From Octopus vulgaris (Eukaryota), in the NCBI GenBank assembly GCA_951406725.2, contig OX597827.1:81902001-81966000 (forward strand): 64,000 nt of DNA, read 5' to 3'. Made by a program: the position numbers and the translations under genes. Shown here piece after piece: positions 53,891-64,000 of this stretch (the stretch's first letter is position 1; the number at the start of each line of letters is the position of its first letter). The notes below the pieces were generated by a model, which did not search any database, was not told where the DNA came from, and saw only the letters and a list, made by a program, of their open reading frames with translations.

Positions 53891-54862
53891 GAATCAATAT
53901 TCTATGTGAATGGAATTATGAGAGAAGAAAGAGAAGTGATCGTCAGACTCCCAACGATTCCAGCCCCTCACTACAGTACTGTTCATGTATGCTTGATGGG
54001 TCAGCTGCTGCTGTGGATACAAATATCCTAAACTCTAAGATGCCTATCCTTGTCATCAATAAGGATCCATTTGCACCCACCCCCATTCAAATACGAACAC
54101 TGTTTCTTCTCTGTTGCTGCATCCCTTCATCTCAACCAGCCCCACCTTCATCTGCATGATGCACCCACTAACCCCAGTCTCTCTCTCACAGCATGAAACC
54201 CTGCCCTGCATATTTCACCCTGTCCCTTATTCCCTGTCCCTTCTTCCCTCTGCAACTAAATTCTAGACCCTTTCCTGCCCACATGCTCCATACATCTGTA
54301 TCTTTTTGCTAACTTCAACTCCATTCACCTGACTGGGGTGGCTTAAGCTATGGGACGGTCACTTCTCTTCTGAATACAGTGATACCCTATCCATTTCTCT
54401 CTCCCTGTCTATCTATATCTCTATCTTTCTCTCTCTTTCTCCATCCATCCTTCTATCTAGCTATCTATCTCTTCTACAGAGGGAAAGAGAGAAAGTCATG
54501 TTTACTCCACATAGACACACAGACATATTATTATGATCATCTTTTAATGTCCACTTTTCCTATTTGCATGGGTCAGACAGAATTCAACAAAGTGGATTTT
54601 TCTTTAGCCTAATGCCCTTTCTATTGCCAGGCCTCACTTGTTTCCGAGTACGGCAATATTTTCCGTGATCAGATGTTTTCAATAAGTTTGTAAAAGAACC
54701 ACACTGCATGTATGTCAGTCACACTCGTTTACAACTGCCACACAATTCAAGGAGACCGTAACTCACATAAATGCACATATACCTATACATACATACGTGT
54801 GTGTGTGTATACATTCATCTATATACAAATTAACATTTGTTTTTTATAAGTGTTGAAATGTG

Positions 54863-55054
54863 TATTGTATGGTACAAATAAGGTGATATTTTTTCAAATG
54901 CAGAATTGCTATAAGAACAGCAGAAATACTGCATAAATTTCAAGTCCCATGTTTGTTGACAAATTCTTCCGCTTCGTAAGCATAATTTACCCAATATTTC
55001 TGCTGTTCTAATGACAATTCTGTATTTGAAAAAATATCACCTTATTTATATTGT

Positions 55055-55060
<6 letters not shown>
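54863..55060. mobile_element. MITE-like long hairpin (~75 bp arms)
   Basis: tattgta..aaataaggtgatattttttcaaatgcagaattg..agaacagcagaaata / tatttctgctgttct..caattctgtatttgaaaaaatatcaccttattt..tacaata. Confidence 0.85.
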
Positions 55061-55093
<33 letters not shown>

Positions 55094-55126
55094 TTAACAG
55101 GAGATGGATTCAGTATTAAATCTTTT

Positions 55127-55330
55127 GGGGGCACACCATATGTTTCGACCTACCAGTCTGGGTCTCAGCAAGTACATTGATAAAGCTATGTCTCACTACA
55201 GACTTTTAGTGTCGGCTGATTTATTATATGTCCACCAAGTTAGGGAATGAATAACACGTCAGCTGACTCTAAAAATCTGTAGTGAGACAGATATCTTTAG
55301 ACAAATGGGTTGAAACTTATGTTGTACCCC
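55127..55330. mobile_element. Inverted-repeat element with two decayed hammerhead motifs (Penelope pLTR-like)
   Basis: Inner arms tgtctcactacagacttttagtgtcggctga / tcagctgactctaaaaatctgtagtgagaca. Outer arms ggggcacaccatatgtttcgacc / ggttgaaacttatgttgtacccc. Confidence 0.7.
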
Positions 55331-55633
55331 TCATATTCTATATATGTATATGTGTGTGTGTATATATATATAGATTATGAGGGGTTTAGTTCACTGGTGA
55401 TTTAAACAAATAGGTACACTGTGTAAGTGCTATACTTGTCGACGGGCCCAGTATCATTTTATCATGTTACAGCTCTTAAACAATTTTTCACCAGGGATTA
55501 CTTTCAGATAGAATGACCCTTTCATTGTTGTATAGTATTGCTTTGACAGTACCATAATGTCTCTGTTCTTGTTCTAACTCTTAAACAAATTCCTATTATT
55601 GCTTACCTTTTATGCCATTGTTGACATTATCGG

Positions 55634-55665
55634 TGACTAATGGTTGATTTCTTCTTTCATTTCAG
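55634..55665 (+). promoter_or_regulatory. Branch point, polypyrimidine tract and 3' splice acceptor of the protocadherin exon
   Basis: TGACTAA at 55634-55640, then tttcttctttcatttcAG ending 55665, 32 nt before the ATG. This implies an upstream 5' exon. Confidence 0.75.
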
Positions 55666-55697
55666 AATGCTTTTGTTCATTGACCAATTTTTTAGTG

Positions 55698-58112
55698 ATG
55701 AAGAGAATAAAAAGACAAGATGTCCTTCACACAGCGGCAATACTTTCCTTGGTTCTTCACTGCTGCCTCTGTGTAGACATTACCTACCATGTGGAAGAAG
55801 GGAAGGGACCTGGAGCGTATGTGGGAGACATCGCTACAGACTTACACTTGATGGACAAAATACCATTCCAAGATCACAATCTTATAACGTTCAGCCAGTT
55901 GGAACAAAGACTGTCAGACAGTTTCCGCTTGTTCAATGTGACCAAGAAAGGTAAACTGCACACAGCACAATCGCTAGATGCTGAGTCCCTGTGTTCATAT
56001 AAAATGGAATGTTCCAAAATAGTCAAAGTGGCAGTTCGAAAAGCTGAAACTTTTATGAAAGTACTGAAGATTAAAGTTGTTATACAAGATGTTAATGATA
56101 ACCGACCAGAATTTCCTGAAAAGTTTGCCAACATCCAGTTCTCTGAAGGGGACAAGGAAGGAATGAAGATTTCTATTCCAAATGCTATTGACAAGGATAT
56201 TGGGGTTCCATATTCCAAAATTAAATACCAACTTAAAATGGAAGAAAAAGAACCTTTTACATTGTCAGTAATTAAACGAATAACAGGAACTTCTGAGTTA
56301 GGTATAGTTCTGATGAAAACATTAGACCGTGAGGTCAGAGACTCTTACAATGTACAAATAATTGCCAAAGATGGAGGTTACCCTCCAAAACAAGGTGTTT
56401 TAGATGTTCATATAACTGTGACAGATGTCAATGACAATCCGCCTGTCTTTAGTCGAGATATTTTCAATATTTCTGTAAAGAATACTCACCAGAGAAATGG
56501 GGCCATCTTAATGTTGTCAGCGAGAGATCTTGATTCAGGAGAGAATGGTAAAGTGTCATACCAGTTTAGTTCTGAAACACCTGAAAGTGTGAAATCTTAC
56601 TTTAGACTCAATCGAGATACAGGTGAGATATTTTTACAGAAGGATCTTAGAGCAGAACATAAAAAGACTTATGAATTGTTTGTACGAGCCACAGATGGGG
56701 GCAGTGCCCCTCTCAGTTCCATAGCCATGGTTTTGGTAAATGTCATCAACCAACACAACATGGCACCAGAAATAGATGTCAACTTTGTCACTCCGATAAA
56801 AGAGAAAGAGAATACAGCAGCCATTTCTGAAGGAATCAAAGTCGGCAGTTACATAGCGTATGTCAGTATTATTGACAATGATGTTGGACAGAATGGTGAG
56901 GTGGAATGTAGCCTACACCATGATAAGTTCCTTCTTTTAGAATTAGGTTTAAAAGAATATAAAATTACATTAAAGAAACTTGTTGACAGAGAGAAACAAG
57001 ATAGGTATGACATAACAATTTCTTGCGAAGACAAAGGATCCCCTCCTTTACAGACTCAGAGACAGTTCTCCATTGAAGTAATGGATGTCAACGATGTACA
57101 GCCACAATTTACAAAAGAATCGTTTAAATTTCTGACTTATGAAAATGGGAAAACAAACTTCCCCATTGGTTTTATAAATGCTACTGACCCCGATTTGAGA
57201 GCTGGAGGTCAACTGACTTTTTCTCTGTTGAGTACCAGCAAACATGTGATACCATTCCAGATAACTGATTATGGTTTTATCTCAACCACTATACCACTGG
57301 ATAGAGAACAACAAAATGTTTATAAGTTCCAAGTATTTGTCAAAGACAACGGGAATCCTTCATTAAATAACACAGCCAATGTGATTGTAGAAGTTTTAGA
57401 TGAGAATGATAATGCCCCTTATTTCACCTTCCCTAGTTCGGACCCTTTCAGCCTTGATGTCCACTATCATCCCCAAAGTAAAAAAGAGATTACTGTTTTA
57501 AGGGCTTCAGACAGGGACAGTCATTTAAATGCGTTCCTTCAATATGAAATTCTTGGAGGAAACAACAAGCAGCTTTTCACAGTAAACCCTTATTCTGGGG
57601 CACTGTCTTTTGCTCGAACAGTTTACCAAAATGATGCTGGTACTTACAAACTACAGATCACTGTCAGAGACAGTGGCACACCAGCTCTGACAGCAAGAGT
57701 AACATTATCTTTAACACTGACCGTCAGCAACAAAACGTCTCCAGCCCTGAAAAATTTTCAGTCACAATCTGACAACATGATCAACTTGACCTGGGTCATC
57801 ATTATTGTAACAGCAGCAGTAATAGTGTCAGTAGCCGTAGTGGTGTCCATCACACTGTGTGTGGTGAGGTGTAATAACGACAGAGGTACACAGTACATTA
57901 CAGAAATCAGCTCCGACAGAGAGAAAAGTCATTATACCTGCACAACTAAGAAACCTGTGGCCACAACAAGAACCCAAACAAGACAATCAACTGAAATGAG
58001 GAACAGAAATACACAATTTATGGAATCAAAAAGTGGTTTTTACCCTCAGTACGAGTCCCAAAGTGAATGGACTACCTCTACTACAGAAAGAAGGCCCCCT
58101 TCAGTTTTACTG
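55698..58112 (+). CDS. Protocadherin, large ectodomain exon (signal peptide, EC1-EC6, transmembrane helix, juxtamembrane tail); probably continues in downstream exon(s)
   Basis: 805 uninterrupted codons. Signal peptide MKRIKRQDVLHTAAILSLVLHCCLC. Cadherin motifs DVNDNRPEF, LDRE, AKDGG, DVNDNPPVF, DLDSGENG, VDRE, DVNDVQPQF, LDRE, DENDNAPYF. EC1 has the C-X5-C motif (CSYKMEC) typical of protocadherins. TM segment LTWVIIIVTAAVIVSVAVVVSITLCVV. Phase-0 donor CTG|GTAAGT at 58112/58113. If unspliced, the ORF stops at 58142. Confidence 0.95.
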
Positions 58113-58118
58113 GTAAGT
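58110..58118 (+). promoter_or_regulatory. 5' splice donor ending the protocadherin ectodomain exon
   Basis: CTG|GTAAGT consensus, phase 0, 30 nt before the in-frame stop. Confidence 0.8.
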
Positions 58119-58584
58119 GATACCTTCAGTAGTTTGTTGTGATATCAATAATAAGCTTGTTATGGCCTGAAGTGTTGCAATATTTGAGATTGGTGACTAT
58201 GAGCTTTTGCAAGATGTTTTTGTAGATTGTGTTGTGAGATGGAGGACAACTTGGCAGAAATAGACGTGAGTTGTTGTTGTTGAGTAAATGTGTATCTCTA
58301 TGGGGTTTCCTTTGGTCAAAGTGTACCATGCCCCTACACATGCGTGTGCAAGCCTGGAGAATATTTTGAGAGGAAGACGGTCAGTTGTCCAAACATATAA
58401 GTCTCCCCCATCCACCCCTCTTCATCACCGATGTTTATAGAAGGGAAAAGTTGATACAGGTTGGTACCAGTGTGTGTGTGGTCACATATGTTGCTGTCAG
58501 AACACAAAGGGAGGGATCAAATACCACAAGGTATTGTGTCCCATCTTCTAACAGTTTCTCCAACTCATTCTACAGGATTTAGTA

Positions 58585-58716
58585 TAGTTTTATTGGTCCT
58601 GAAAGGATGAAAGGCAAAATTGACTTTGGTGGGATTTGAACTCAGAATATAAAGAGTCGAAACAAATGCTACGAGACATGTTATCCAGTGCTCTAACATC
58701 TCTGCCAATTTGCCTT
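58585..58716 (-). mobile_element. Family A SINE, partial, in the protocadherin intron
   Basis: gaaaggatgaaaggcaaaattgactttggtgggatttgaactcagaa...tctgccaatttgcc. Confidence 0.8.
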
Positions 58717-59069
58717 ATATATTGTAAATGTGGGATTTTATAGGGGTACAAATGTGTTGGCAGCATTTAGTGTTGTTGGTTTTAAATAAATCTGTGTTGT
58801 GATTCCCACCCATATGAGAATTGTTACACCTGTGTGACAAGGGACACACCTATAACAGGTAACACAGCTATATTGAGACATTTTACTTATGTTAATGCTG
58901 CGGTTGCTTGGAGAATGTCAAACATATGTGGATATAATCCATCATTCTGCGTGGAGACAGTCACACCTGTGTGATGACCTGGGTAGGAATGTAGACAGTC
59001 ATACACCTGTGAATGATGTCATAGGTGTGTGGAGCCAGTTGCACTGTTGTTGAGAATGTTAGATATGCA

Positions 59070-59318
59070 CAATGAATGTTACACCTTTGTGTGGTCTGTC
59101 CCACCTGTTTGAGCAATGTTGCACCTGTGCACTGTGTGAGCAATGTTGCACCTATGTGAGCAATGGTCCACCTGTGTGAACAATGTTGCACCTGTATGAG
59201 TAATTTTCCACCTGTATGAGCAATGTGGCACCTCTGTAAACAATGTTGCACCTGCGTGAGCAATTTTTCTCTGGTGTGAACCATTTTGCACCTTTGTGAG
59301 CAATGTTCCACCTGTGCG
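59070..59318 (+). repeat. 20-bp minisatellite (gtgagcaatgttgcacctgt), about 11-12 units
   Basis: Direct reading; the antisense ORFs show 20-aa periodicity (3 x 20 nt). Confidence 0.9.
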
Positions 59319-60959
59319 AAGACTTCAATTACACATAAGGACTGGAGAAAGAAAGAGAGAAGAGAGAGTGCTTGTTTCTAGAAGATGGCGGTGGGACTTT
59401 CTACAACTATTGCATACAATATACTGTGTGGAACAGATCCACTTGATTTCATTTGGGAAACCAGAAATGGCAATGATGATGATGGTGATGGTGGTGGTGG
59501 TGCTGGTGGTGATGGTGGTGGTGGTAGTGGTGATGATGATGATGAATGCAGTGTTGGTGTATGTGTGTGTGTGTGTGGAGCATGTATATATTATGGGTAG
59601 GGCATCTGTGATGAGGTAGGTCAGACTTACTCCAGTGTTTTACCCACCACAGGTCTACTTGAGCAGGGCTGACCGGGGCTACCCAACTTCAACCACAACA
59701 ACAACCATCTACCACAAGCTAGACTCGGCAGCAACCTATCCCTGCCCGTTGATGGTAAAACCGTGGAATACAAGTGACCAACTTTCCAAGACGTTCCATA
59801 GTAGGTTCCTACTTCCCTTCCATCGGTCAGTTTGACCGAAACTAACCGAGGTTACTTAACGACAATATCAACAACAACACCAACAACAACAACTACTACT
59901 ACTAATACTAATACTACCACTACTACTACTACTACTGAAAAAAGACTCTATCTCAACCTGACCTGGTCTGTTGGTGATAAAAAAACATAACAAAAAAAAA
60001 AACTGGACAGTTTCAGAAGACACTTCAAGACAACAAAGAACTGGGTGATATTCATCTATTAAATACCTGAACAACAACAACAGCAACAATTGAAACAACA
60101 ACAATAAAGGCAACAATAACAACAACAACACAAACAACATCAACAACAACAACAACCTCGTTTCTTGGTTAATATCTTAACATCATGCTTGACATACCTT
60201 TTTTTACTGTTCCAACATCACTACAATGAATAAATACCAGATATATATTGGGGGTTAAATTTAATTACCAATTGCTGACACAATAACAAAAATTGCGGGT
60301 CTTATACTTTTGTTACAAGTCAATGTGTTACAGGGAGATTAGTCAAGAGGGGGTGGGGCGGGGATGAGATTAGACATAAAAGCAATTCAAAGGTGGGTTC
60401 ATTTGCTGCTGATGTCTTTAATTGATTCCCCCCTAACAATATATGTTACTATAGAGATACTTTATTCAGTTATAGATATGTTGTCTATGGTCTTAAACTT
60501 GTGCCTTTGTAGTTCCAGGTTAAGGAAACCAGGTTGTGGATCATTTGTACATAGGTGTCAGTGTAAAATAGAAAGATGAATTATATAATTCTAGCTTGAA
60601 GTATTAATTAGATCTTCACATCATCAAAGTTCATATATATATATGTGTGTGTGTGTGTGCATATGTGCATGCATATATGTGTGTGTACATAAAATTTAAT
60701 TTTGTTGCTTGAAACAGTTGGTTGACTCCTTATCCTTGCAATATCTCTTATCTTCTGGGAATAGTAAAAATTCTTTAAAAATTCCATCTTATTTTATTTT
60801 CCTCGCTATGAACTATTTGAAAACAAAACCGAAAGTAAGAAAAACAATTGGTGACGGAGGGAATTAAGAAATATTTATACAAAGAATGTAATGTTGGACA
60901 ATTACAACCACCAAATCTTCACTGATACAAAAATATTTGGATGAATAACGATTCTTAAT

Positions 60960-61710
60960 GTACTGACATGAGTTGGTTGGCTGTGAGGGAATCAGTTAAT
61001 TGAATCAATCCCAGAATTCAATTGAGTTCTATATTCTTGAAGCTGGAAGGGCAGAAAGGGAATCAGACATGGTGGAAATTGATCTCGGAGTATTGTAGCG
61101 ATGTGACTAAATACCCTCTCTGCAATACAATGATAATAATAAGAAGAAGAAATGCTGTGATGCAGAACCAGGCAATGGCTCTCTTCCTTAACTGTGTTAT
61201 CATGCACATTGTTTTGTCTTGGTATAAAAAGATGAGCTACAGCAAATATTCTGCTCAACACCACAGAATTTCTTGTCAGTTGTTTGACCTTAACCAGTTG
61301 AGCATGTCCCCTAGTGGCTGATGCTATGTGCATCTCTGATCTCAAGCAGAAGTAGTGGGGGAGCATCATAGCCATGTGTTGAGAGGAATTCTTTGGGGTT
61401 TGAATAATTCACCTCTGGAAACATGGGTGTTTTATTCAAAATAACCCTTATTCAGGGACCTTTTGAGTGAGATGGGCTACTCAACCTGAAGAAAATTCTA
61501 AGAGAGCCCTCCCCCCACTGCAAAGTCATGCGCTGTTTATCTTGATATGAGGTCATTATGCCACACACATATGGTTGTGATGCATGTGCTTGGTGTACTA
61601 TAAGACGGGTAGTTATGATGGGTATACTGGGCTTCATATATTTGTACAGCCGTGTCCTTTTGATGGCATGCACTGCTCTCTCCCTCTATAATAATAATAA
61701 TAATAATAAT
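60960..61710 (+). mobile_element. Interspersed repeat family E with a (TAA)n tail
   Basis: The 3' part recurs at 40423-40605 (gatgggtatactgggcttcatatatt...gcatgcact..ctc..aataataat). The middle recurs inverted at 51781-52112. Confidence 0.75.
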
Positions 61711-64000
61711 ATCGATTTTAACATTTTATAAAAAGGATGCAAATTTTGGTGGGGGTGGGATGATGGTATTGTTGGTGTGTTTCCCTCAGTATATGACTGG
61801 TATATATTTTATTAATCACTTGTTAGATGAAAGGTATTGTCAAGCCTTGACAGAGTATAAAAGGGAGGAACTAATGTTAAATTTTTATGTGATATACTAA
61901 TGACTACATTATAAGGTCTAATAAGACTGAAACTTGTCTGAGTTATGTACCCTGCTTGCTGAAATAACTGTCAGTCTTTTAATTAATATGGTCTTTTCCT
62001 TATTAAATAATTATTTTTAATTAGCTAATTAATGTTTATTTTATAAATATATAACACCAACTGAACCACTTGTAGGTTTAGTGTGACGGGTTTTTTAAAT
62101 TGGGCAGTAGTGATCCAAAAGGTTCGGGGTCAATACCACGTGGGAGAAAAAAAAAACTGCTGTTGTTGTTCCTTATTCTGTTTCTAATTGTAGTTATCTG
62201 CTGACATTTTTAATTACAAGCATTTTTTTAAAGAAAAAGAGAAGAAAAAAAAACACAAAACATTTATCTGCAATTCATACAACTAACTTGCTACCAAACT
62301 CTGGATACTCTTTTATGTCAACTGTCATTGCCATACTCTTGGTTTTGCTTTTTTTTTATACCATTTATCTCATGAATGGCAACCTCAGCTCCTATGACAT
62401 CACATCGTTACAGCTGATTGCTCCATACATACATACATACATACATACATATGTATATTTGTACACACACACACACAGACACACACACACACACACACAC
62501 ATACACACTACAATCTGTGGTCAACACAAATTGTGTCTGTCCATGGCCCCTTGTTAAAGTGGAATCGTCAGAGTTCCTTTAGTGGTCCCTAGTAATATGG
62601 TTCTGCTTGACCAGAGCTGACCAATGGTGATTAGCAACAAATCAGTCAGGGAGCTCCAATATAGTTAATGGACACGATAGGAATAGTAGCCTTCTTTCTA
62701 TCAAATCAAATGTAAATGTCTTAAAGCAGCAGCCACAGGAAATGGTCGTGGTTGGAATGTCTTTGTAAATAAGTTTAATCAGTGCTGACCTGGGGCCAAA
62801 CAACAATAATAGCTCCACTTGCTGCTTTTTCACTTTTGGGTCCCAAGCAAAGAACAAACATTTGAGTGGAAGTACATACTCCATAAGCTTTATAGAAGTA
62901 TCCAAAATTGGAGTGGAGTGTAAGTGCACACTCCACTGTCCTACTCTAATAACAAACATTGGAGTGAGTGGAGGAGGACACTCTGCAGTTGTGTACGATT
63001 ACCTCATACTATGTGACCAGTTAAGAACCCCATCATCTCCATCATCATCATTATCACTATTATCATTGTCATCATCATCACCATCATTATTGCAATTATC
63101 ATTATCATCGTTAACACAGTCATTGCATCGTCATTGTCATCATCGTCATCATCTTCATTTACTTCTTTTGTTGATTCTTCTATTAGAACCCGCATTTGTA
63201 AATGTGTCTTGCCATTTGGCTTTCATCTTTGACCTAACTCTATGGTTCAAAAGTGCATCATTGTTGCTGGTATTTTCTGTTTGTGCATCTGATGCACTCT
63301 TTCTATTTGTCCCGTTGCACCTTCTGCATAACCAATTCCATCAGCGTTCAGAAGTTCTCCTTGTCTTCCAACCCTGAATCCCAAAGTAGTTGTGTCCCCT
63401 ACAACAATGAACTGAATCTAGCTAGAAATGCTGCCCCCTTAATCACCCCTCTGCATTATATTCTGAACCTCCATGTGGTTGTGGTCAGTATTAGGATGAA
63501 GAAAAAGGGGGCAATTAATTGTCCCTCTATTAAATTCCATACTGACTCTTGTTAACCTTTGTCCTCCTGATTGTAACTGCTTCCCATCCAATGACCCTTC
63601 ATCTACATCAAGTATTCTTGTTGTTTTACATTGTTAAAGGACCAGGTCAAAGGTCACTTCTATGCTGAATGTTTTTAATTCCTAATTTCTATAAATGTTC
63701 CACCAAATATATAATATTCCCATCAACATACAGTAATATAACCGACTTTCTGTGATATTGAACCCACTTCTGCCGTCCACTATTATTTTCCCGCTTTAAA
63801 TACCTTTATTGTTTAATCTTGTGATTTGGGTCCAGTATTTGCCCCACCCCACCCCCACCAGTTGGTACCTGCTTTGTACTAATCAGTTCTACAAACACCT
63901 TCTGGAACAAGCTGTTATTATTATTATTATTTGGTTTAGATAGAGAAGGCAGGAACTGCCCGAGAGCATATGTATGGCCTCAGAGCATGATGGGCAAGGG

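Noticed and set aside
55644-55697. N-terminal extension MISSFISECFCSLTNFLV of the 832-aa ORF
   Set aside because: It starts at a non-ATG codon inside the polypyrimidine tract. The signal peptide begins at ATG 55698.
55874-57245. Antisense ORFs within the protocadherin exon
   Set aside because: They are shadow frames of the coding strand with no recognisable motifs
58961-59311. His/Cys-rich periodic ORFs resembling zinc fingers
   Set aside because: They are antisense translations of the 20-bp minisatellite and lack C2H2 spacing
59653-59835. Phase-0 acceptor (ccacAG) and a 60-codon frame as the next Pcdh exon
   Set aside because: The sequence matches decayed family D repeat ends (aggtct..gagcagggctgacc.ggggcta..aacaacaac) twice and shows no Pcdh cytoplasmic motifs. 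Only RNA data could rescue it as an exonised repeat.
62070-62150. tRNA-like sequence followed by an A-run
   Set aside because: No convincing cloverleaf. At best it is a decayed SINE head. The SINE heads elsewhere are likewise not tRNA genes.

Overview
AT-rich, microsatellite-saturated eukaryotic DNA. The SINE families and the gene type point to a cephalopod, most likely Octopus (inference). Almost all ORFs in the supplied track are translated (TA)n/(CA)n/(GATA)n noise. The only host gene I can support is a protocadherin on the + strand. One ~2.4 kb exon (acceptor 55664-55665, ATG 55698, donor after 58112) encodes the signal peptide, six cadherin repeats, the transmembrane helix and the start of the tail. 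Its 5' and 3' exons were not identified. The rest is a transposon landscape: several SINE families, 5'-truncated RTE LINEs in (TA)n, CR1/L2-like and R4/Dong fragments, a decayed Tc1, a maT-like mariner fragment, a Penelope GIY-YIG remnant, and hAT-like, piggyBac-like and other MITEs. The best leads are: (1) a protocadherin EC3-EC4 linker that has lost its Ca2+ ligands; (2) minimal Penelope-type hammerhead ribozymes, one nearly intact and one inverted decayed pair just upstream of the Pcdh exon; (3) candidate regulatory features around the exon, namely a consensus CTCF site, tandem acceptors that switch an overlapping uORF, nested inverted repeats flanking the exon, and an intronic E-box minisatellite. 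I see no clearly new multi-gene system. The regulatory ideas are hypotheses. Repeat boundaries were read by eye and are approximate.
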